Below, in pieces: positions 16,771 through 21,109 of a stretch of DNA of 21,109 bases. The translations under genes were made by a program, and so were the position numbers. Under the pieces are notes generated by a model, which was given only the letters and a program-made list of their open reading frames with translations, ran no database searches and was not told the DNA's origin. The stretch is taken from the NCBI GenBank assembly GCA_965369865.1, contig CBDURU010000059.1:1-21109 (forward strand). Direction: 5' to 3'. Positions within the stretch are counted from its first letter, which is position 1, and every line of letters starts with the position of its first letter. This stretch comes from an uncultured bacterium (lineage in GTDB: Bacteria > JAJVIF01 > JAPKYR01).

Positions 16771-17951
16771 TGAACAAGAAAACTCGTGCCTGCGATATCA
16801 CAGTTGAGATTAAAATAGTGCGCGATCGTTTTTGCTACATCCGCAAAACTTTCTCTCACGCCAAGGTTCCGACCCCTGAGCAAACTTCCATGCCATGCGA
16901 GCAGGGGGACATACTCGCGTGAGTGATCGGTTGATACAGTAGTCGGATCGTTACCGTGATCCGCGCAGATAATTACTAAATCACCGGCCCCTAAAGCACT
17001 CAGGAACGAGGGAAACCATGAATCGAATGCTTTTAACCCACCATAGAATCCATCAACATTATTTCTGTGACCCCAGACCATGTCGAAGTCGATAAGGTTC
17101 ATGAACATAAGGCCGGTCCAGTCTTCATGGATAATCTCCATGGCTTTTTGCATTCCTTCATCGTTTCCTGCATAGTGCTCGATACGGGTGAATCCCCGGC
17201 CGTTAAATAATGTATCGACCTTGCCGACCGAAATTACATCGCGACCGGATTCCATAAGGTAATCGAGAAGGGTTTTTTGGGGAGGATCGACATTGTAATC
17301 CATACGGTCGTAAGTTCGCTTGAAATTTCCGATTTCGCCGATGAAGGGCCTCGCTATGATCCTTCCGACAGTTGGACCAGGCGGCATCAACAGCTCCCGT
17401 GCGATTTCGCACCATTCGTAGAGTGTCTCAAGCGGGGCAATTTTCTCAACATGGCAAGCGAGTTGGAAAACACTGTCGGCCGATGTGTAAACGATCGGTT
17501 TTCCGGTTTCTATATGTTCTTTTCCAAGCCTTTCGATTATTTCGGTGCCGGAAGCGGGTTCATTGCCGATGATTCCACGTCCGATTCGTTTTGTGAACTC
17601 TTCGATGACTTCGTCCGGGAAGCCATCGGGATAGGTGGGGAATCCGAATTCCGAGATCAGGCCGGCCAGTTCCCAGTGTCCGACGGTCGAATCTTTTCCT
17701 TTTGATTTTTCAGCCATTTTACCGTAGGAGAACATTGGATTATCTACCGGGTCCATGCCAGCAAGCGGTTCGATATTACCGAGGCCAAGTCCCCGGAGAG
17801 TTGGAAGGTTCAGGCCACCGACAGCTTTCGCGATATTACCAAGCGTATTGGAGCCGACATCGTTGTATTCAGCGGCATCCGGGAGTTCCCCGATACCGAC
17901 ACCGTCGAGGATGATTAAATGTGCCCTGAGATTTTTCTGGATTGGTTTCAT
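16767..17951 (-). CDS. deoB: Phosphopentomutase
   Basis: IILDGVGIGELPDA, GKDSTVGHWE, VYTSADSVFQ, GRIIARPF, NLIDFDMVWGHRNN, ADHGNDPT..TDHSREYVPLL. Confidence 0.96.
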   Translation of the reverse strand: MKPIQKNLRAHLIILDGVGIGELPDAAEYNDVGSNTLGNIAKAVGGLNLPTLRGLGLGNIEPLAGMDPVDNPMFSYGKMAEKSKGKDSTVGHWELAGLISEFGFPTYPDGFPDEVIEEFTKRIGRGIIGNEPASGTEIIERLGKEHIETGKPIVYTSADSVFQLACHVEKIAPLETLYEWCEIARELLMPPGPTVGRIIARPFIGEIGNFKRTYDRMDYNVDPPQKTLLDYLMESGRDVISVGKVDTLFNGRGFTRIEHYAGNDEGMQKAMEIIHEDWTGLMFMNLIDFDMVWGHRNNVDGFYGGLKAFDSWFPSFLSALGAGDLVIICADHGNDPTTVSTDHSREYVPLLAWHGSLLRGRNLGVRESFADVAKTIAHYFNLNCDIAGTSFLVQ

Positions 17952-17963
17952 ATGGTAATGGCT

Positions 17964-19358
17964 TTATAAATCCCCCTTCGCTTTCTCCACTTCCTCTTCA
18001 ACAATGTTTCGAAGTTCGTTCAGGTGTTCTTCGGTATCAGCTTCGAATCGCATCACCAGTACCGCCTGCGTGTTACTTGCCCTGACGAGTCCCCATCCAT
18101 GCTCGTTCTGGATCCTGGCGCCGTCGATATCTATCAGCTCAAATTCACTCCTGGCCCTGAAAGATTCCTGGACTTTCTTCACCACATCAAATTTTATATT
18201 TTCGGGGCAGTCGACGCGCATTTCAGGTGTGTTTACAAGCCTTGGGATGTCCCTGGCGATCTCTCCAAGCGGTTTGTTTGCCTGGAAGACAATTTCCGCA
18301 AGCCGCAACGCCGCGTAATTCGCGTCATCGAATCCCATCCACCTGTCCTGGAAAAATAAATGGCCGCTCATTTCACCGGCAAGGACCGCGCCTGTCTCTT
18401 TCATTCGATTCTTGATCAGGCTGTGACCGGTTTTATACATCTCCGGAATCCCGCCGGCCTTCTCGATTTCGTCGTACAGGATTTTCGAGCACTTTACCTC
18501 GCCGACGATATACGAACCCGGTTTTCGTTCAAGGATATCTCTCGCGAAAAGGATCATCAACTGGTCGCCCCAGAGGATGTTGCCATTTTCATCGACAGCC
18601 CCGAGCCGGTCTGAGTCCCCATCAAAAGCGACCCCAAGCCATGCGTTATGGTCTTTTACCGCACCCTGGAGGTCTAAAAGATTCTCCACGACGGTTGGGT
18701 CCGCATGATGGTTGGGAAATGTCCCGTCGGGTTCCGGGAACAAAACAGTCGCGTCTATCCCCAGCCGATCGAAAGCGGGTTGAATGACCGGACCGCTGGT
18801 GCCGTTCGCGCAGTCGGCGACCAGTTTCAAACCCGACATCGGTTCAAAACCCGCGACCAGACGGTCGATATACCTTGGCAGGAAATCGACATATGTTTCA
18901 GTTCCGGCACCGGACGCGTAGTCGCCTTTTTGCATCACCCGGTGAATTTCCCTGATATGATCCCCCCACAATGCCGACCCGCCCATCAGCATCTTGAAGC
19001 CGTTCATGTCGACCGGATTGTGGCTTCCGGTGATCTGGATAGAACCATCGACATCCAAAGTTTGCTCGGCGAAATAATTACATGGGGTGGGAGTCTGGCC
19101 GATTTTCACAACATCCACACCAGCCGACCGTAGTCCCTTTGAAAGGAATTCCTCGAGGCGTTCACCGCTCCGCCTGGCGTCGCGGCCGACCACCACTCTC
19201 GGAAGCCCTTTAGCGCGGCGGGATCGAATAATCGTACCAAAAGCTCTGCCGAGATGTTCAGTCAGCTCCCCTGTCAGTTCAACCTTCCGTCCTGAATCCG
19301 GAATCGCGATACCGCGGATATCGTATTCTCTGAAAATATATAACGGGAAATCGGGCAT
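17964..19358 (-). CDS. Phosphomannomutase/phosphoglucomutase (AlgC-like)
   Basis: IFREYDIRG, active-site ITGSHNP, metal loop FDGDSDR, GEMSGH, RASNTQ. Start placed at ATG 19358, which has AGGAG upstream, rather than the track start at 19451. Confidence 0.95.
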   Translation of the reverse strand: MPDFPLYIFREYDIRGIAIPDSGRKVELTGELTEHLGRAFGTIIRSRRAKGLPRVVVGRDARRSGERLEEFLSKGLRSAGVDVVKIGQTPTPCNYFAEQTLDVDGSIQITGSHNPVDMNGFKMLMGGSALWGDHIREIHRVMQKGDYASGAGTETYVDFLPRYIDRLVAGFEPMSGLKLVADCANGTSGPVIQPAFDRLGIDATVLFPEPDGTFPNHHADPTVVENLLDLQGAVKDHNAWLGVAFDGDSDRLGAVDENGNILWGDQLMILFARDILERKPGSYIVGEVKCSKILYDEIEKAGGIPEMYKTGHSLIKNRMKETGAVLAGEMSGHLFFQDRWMGFDDANYAALRLAEIVFQANKPLGEIARDIPRLVNTPEMRVDCPENIKFDVVKKVQESFRARSEFELIDIDGARIQNEHGWGLVRASNTQAVLVMRFEADTEEHLNELRNIVEEEVEKAKGDL

Positions 19359-19714
19359 GATAAAATTCTCCTGATACGGGATTGGATTGTAACACAGGAG
19401 AGTTATAACGACATAATCGAATGAAAAAATGCGTAATCGATGATGAGTCAATATGTCCGTCCAAGGTCAGATCGACCCAAATATGGTGAGTAAGTAAATA
19501 ATATATTAAAATTAATTCGGGTTAATAATCATTTATTTCGCAAAATATGGTTTTTTTGGGAGTGTACTATACGTATGGCTAGGGAAATCCTGAAATTGGC
19601 ACGAAAGTTGTAACACTATCAGTTAATAATCAGATTATTACCGAAATGTCCATTCATCTCACAGATTCAAACCCAAGCCAAAGCTTCATAGTGAAGCGCG
19701 GGAAGCGCCGGCGT

Positions 19715-19873
19715 ATGAAGCGTAATTTCATTGAGAAACTTCGCTCATTTGCTTTGAAGGAACTGTTTATCAAGCAGGATATGCCTGAGGATGAAATAAA
19801 AAGTAATGGCGAAAGCGGGAAAATCAGAATTGTTACATCATCGTGGGATGTTCGGAACAGCATGAAAAAATAA
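19715..19873 (+). CDS. Possible small hypothetical protein (52 aa)
   Basis: MKRNFIEKLRSFALKELFIKQDMPEDEIKS..., lying between an AT-rich promoter-like region (about 19480-19645) and a terminator-like hairpin. There is no recognisable homology, and the start could be 19646. Confidence 0.35.
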   Translation: MKRNFIEKLRSFALKELFIKQDMPEDEIKSNGESGKIRIVTSSWDVRNSMKK

Positions 19874-19931
19874 AAGTGAATCTGGATTCTGTCCAGTGAT
19901 TAACTGGGTAAAATAGAAGACGCGTTGAGAT

Positions 19932-19960
19932 GGCTCCCGAAATTCCGGGGGTTGTTTTTT
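19932..19960 (+). terminator. Putative intrinsic terminator
   Basis: Stem ggctcccg / cgggggtt (with G-U pairs) followed by gtttttt. Confidence 0.5.
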
Positions 19961-19970
19961 ATAGGATCAT

Positions 19971-20044
19971 GGGGACACCTGATTTTGCCTTAAGTGGTGA
20001 GTGAAGCATTGCGGGAAGTGCAAGAGGCAAAACAAGGTGTCCCC
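19971..20044. repeat. GGGGACAC-family long palindromic repeat
   Basis: ggggacacctgattttgcct (19971-19990) and aggcaaaacaaggtgtcccc (20025-20044) are 18/20 complementary. Confidence 0.85.
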
Positions 20045-20069
20045 TTCGTGAACAGCTCCCGGGAATGTG

Positions 20070-20112
20070 AAACAAATAAAGTATAAATCAGGCCCCCGGG
20101 GAGGGGGCCTGA
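20070..20112 (-). terminator. Putative intrinsic terminator of the parvulin-like gene
   Basis: Perfect 10-bp stem tcaggccccc (20088-20097) / gggggcctga (20103-20112), followed on the minus strand by tttatactttatttgttt. Confidence 0.65.
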
Positions 20113-20213
20113 ATGGTCAACATGCAGAGAGAGGAGAGAGAGTAGAATTATTCGATCGGTAAGCTGTCTCTCATGCAGATGCCGGATCTTTATATCCAAT
20201 AACAAAGTGCTGT

Positions 20214-20909
20214 TCACTGGCCGAGCAGGCTGGCAAGACGGTTAAGTGCTTCCTGTACGGGATCAGCTTCGGCAACGACTTCTTCCTGTTCCGGTGCAGG
20301 CTCATCGAGAACCGGTTCAACCTGGAAAACCACGTGTCCGATACGGATCTGACCGCCATGTTCATCGAGGAGCTGAATCAGATGGTACCCGATCTCCGAT
20401 TGAAGAATGGCGGAGACCTGACCGATATCCAGGGAGTTTAATACAGCGGCCAGGTCTTCGCCAACAGAGTCCACATTGATCTCAAAGGGAAGAATTCCGT
20501 TAAGAGCGCCATAATCACCGTCATTTATTCGTTTGAAATCTTCAGATGTGATCTGGTTTGCCGCGTTCACAACAAGGTCCGACCAGTTTGCGCCGGAAAT
20601 CAGCTTGTCACGTGTATCCTGGGCCTGGGCGAGAGCCTCCGGGGTATTTAAGGGATCGATGGTCGAATGATACGGCTCGATGGTTCCGGTCATATCGTAC
20701 CAGATCGCCTGAAGGTCGTCCTTGAAATACGGCCCGGCTTCCTTCAGGTTCGTTGATAAATCAGAGATCCCTTCGCCAACAACCGCGAGGGTGTCGGCGG
20801 TAGCGATGGCCGCCTCTTCTGCGGTACAGGCAATACCCCCAAAAATCGGCATTAAAAGAACAAAAGGGATCAAGCAAAGGTATTTAATTGTCTGGGTAGA
20901 AAGTTTCAT
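20214..20909 (-). CDS. Putative lipoprotein with a divergent parvulin (PpiC-type) PPIase domain
   Basis: Signal peptide ending GIAC. EALAQAQDTRDKLISGANWSDLV..GDYG..SLDIGQVSAILQSEIGYHLIQL follows the rotamase pattern. Start at 20909 has AAGGAG upstream (track start 20927). Confidence 0.7.
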   Translation of the reverse strand: MKLSTQTIKYLCLIPFVLLMPIFGGIACTAEEAAIATADTLAVVGEGISDLSTNLKEAGPYFKDDLQAIWYDMTGTIEPYHSTIDPLNTPEALAQAQDTRDKLISGANWSDLVVNAANQITSEDFKRINDGDYGALNGILPFEINVDSVGEDLAAVLNSLDIGQVSAILQSEIGYHLIQLLDEHGGQIRIGHVVFQVEPVLDEPAPEQEEVVAEADPVQEALNRLASLLGQ

Positions 20910-21034
20910 TTTAAATTTCTCCTTCATCTCTGGCTGTAAATAGTCATATTATATCGTAATATCTCATATATACAATCGCATAGTATTACAATATATTGCG
21001 TTATATAACTTAATATTGGGAATTTTTTTAAGGT

Positions 21035-21109
21035 CGGGGACACCTGCTTTTCGACGGGCGAAAAGAGATGTCCCCTTTCAGTGACGGCCCCGGGGACATG
21101 TCTTTTTTC
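21035..21109. repeat. GGGGACAC-family repeat cluster, truncated by the window end
   Basis: 41 bp identical to 187-227, overlapping 45 bp that match 56-100 with one mismatch. Confidence 0.9.

Noticed and set aside
19359..19451. N-terminal extension of PMM/PGM given by the ORF track (similarly 8224-8304 for cytochrome b paralog 1)
   Set aside because: Downstream ATGs have clear SD sequences. The PMM/PGM ATG also matches the family's usual N-terminus, and the cytochrome b extension overlaps the upstream gene.
1..21109. Whole window as a mobile element, prophage or circular replicon bounded by direct repeats
   Set aside because: The end repeats are shuffled palindromic modules that also occur internally, not a clean terminal overlap or att pair. 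The content is housekeeping (lpt, deoB, PMM/PGM), with no integrase, transposase or rep gene.

Overview
This is a bacterial chromosomal window, from a diderm judging by its Lpt genes. From left to right it holds: an LVIVD-repeat/PHP-fold metallohydrolase lipoprotein (-); an MDR-family oxidoreductase (-); a phosphoribosyltransferase (+); a tightly coupled 7-gene redox operon (+, 4752-11569); a zinc-ribbon protein (-); a long minus-strand cluster (PMM/PGM, deoB, LptA-like, lptB, SAM methyltransferase, LptF/G, a possible AsmA-like protein); and a parvulin-like lipoprotein (-). The standout is the redox operon. Its cbb3-type CcoN homolog keeps all three heme-ligand His but appears to have lost two of three CuB His and the cross-linked Tyr. 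This is followed by a CcoO-cytochrome c fusion, an unannotated 52-aa membrane peptide, a diheme cytochrome c and two divergent cytochrome b paralogs. One paralog lacks the bH ligands. The other has all four His and a fused 2x[4Fe-4S] domain. The last gene is an MvhD/FlpD-like [2Fe-2S] protein with an 11-residue-periodic acidic N-terminus. There is no Rieske gene in the window. Several intergenic regions and both window ends carry a modular GGGGACAC...TGTCCCC palindromic (REP/BIME-like) repeat family. All family assignments come from reading motifs by eye; no searches were run.
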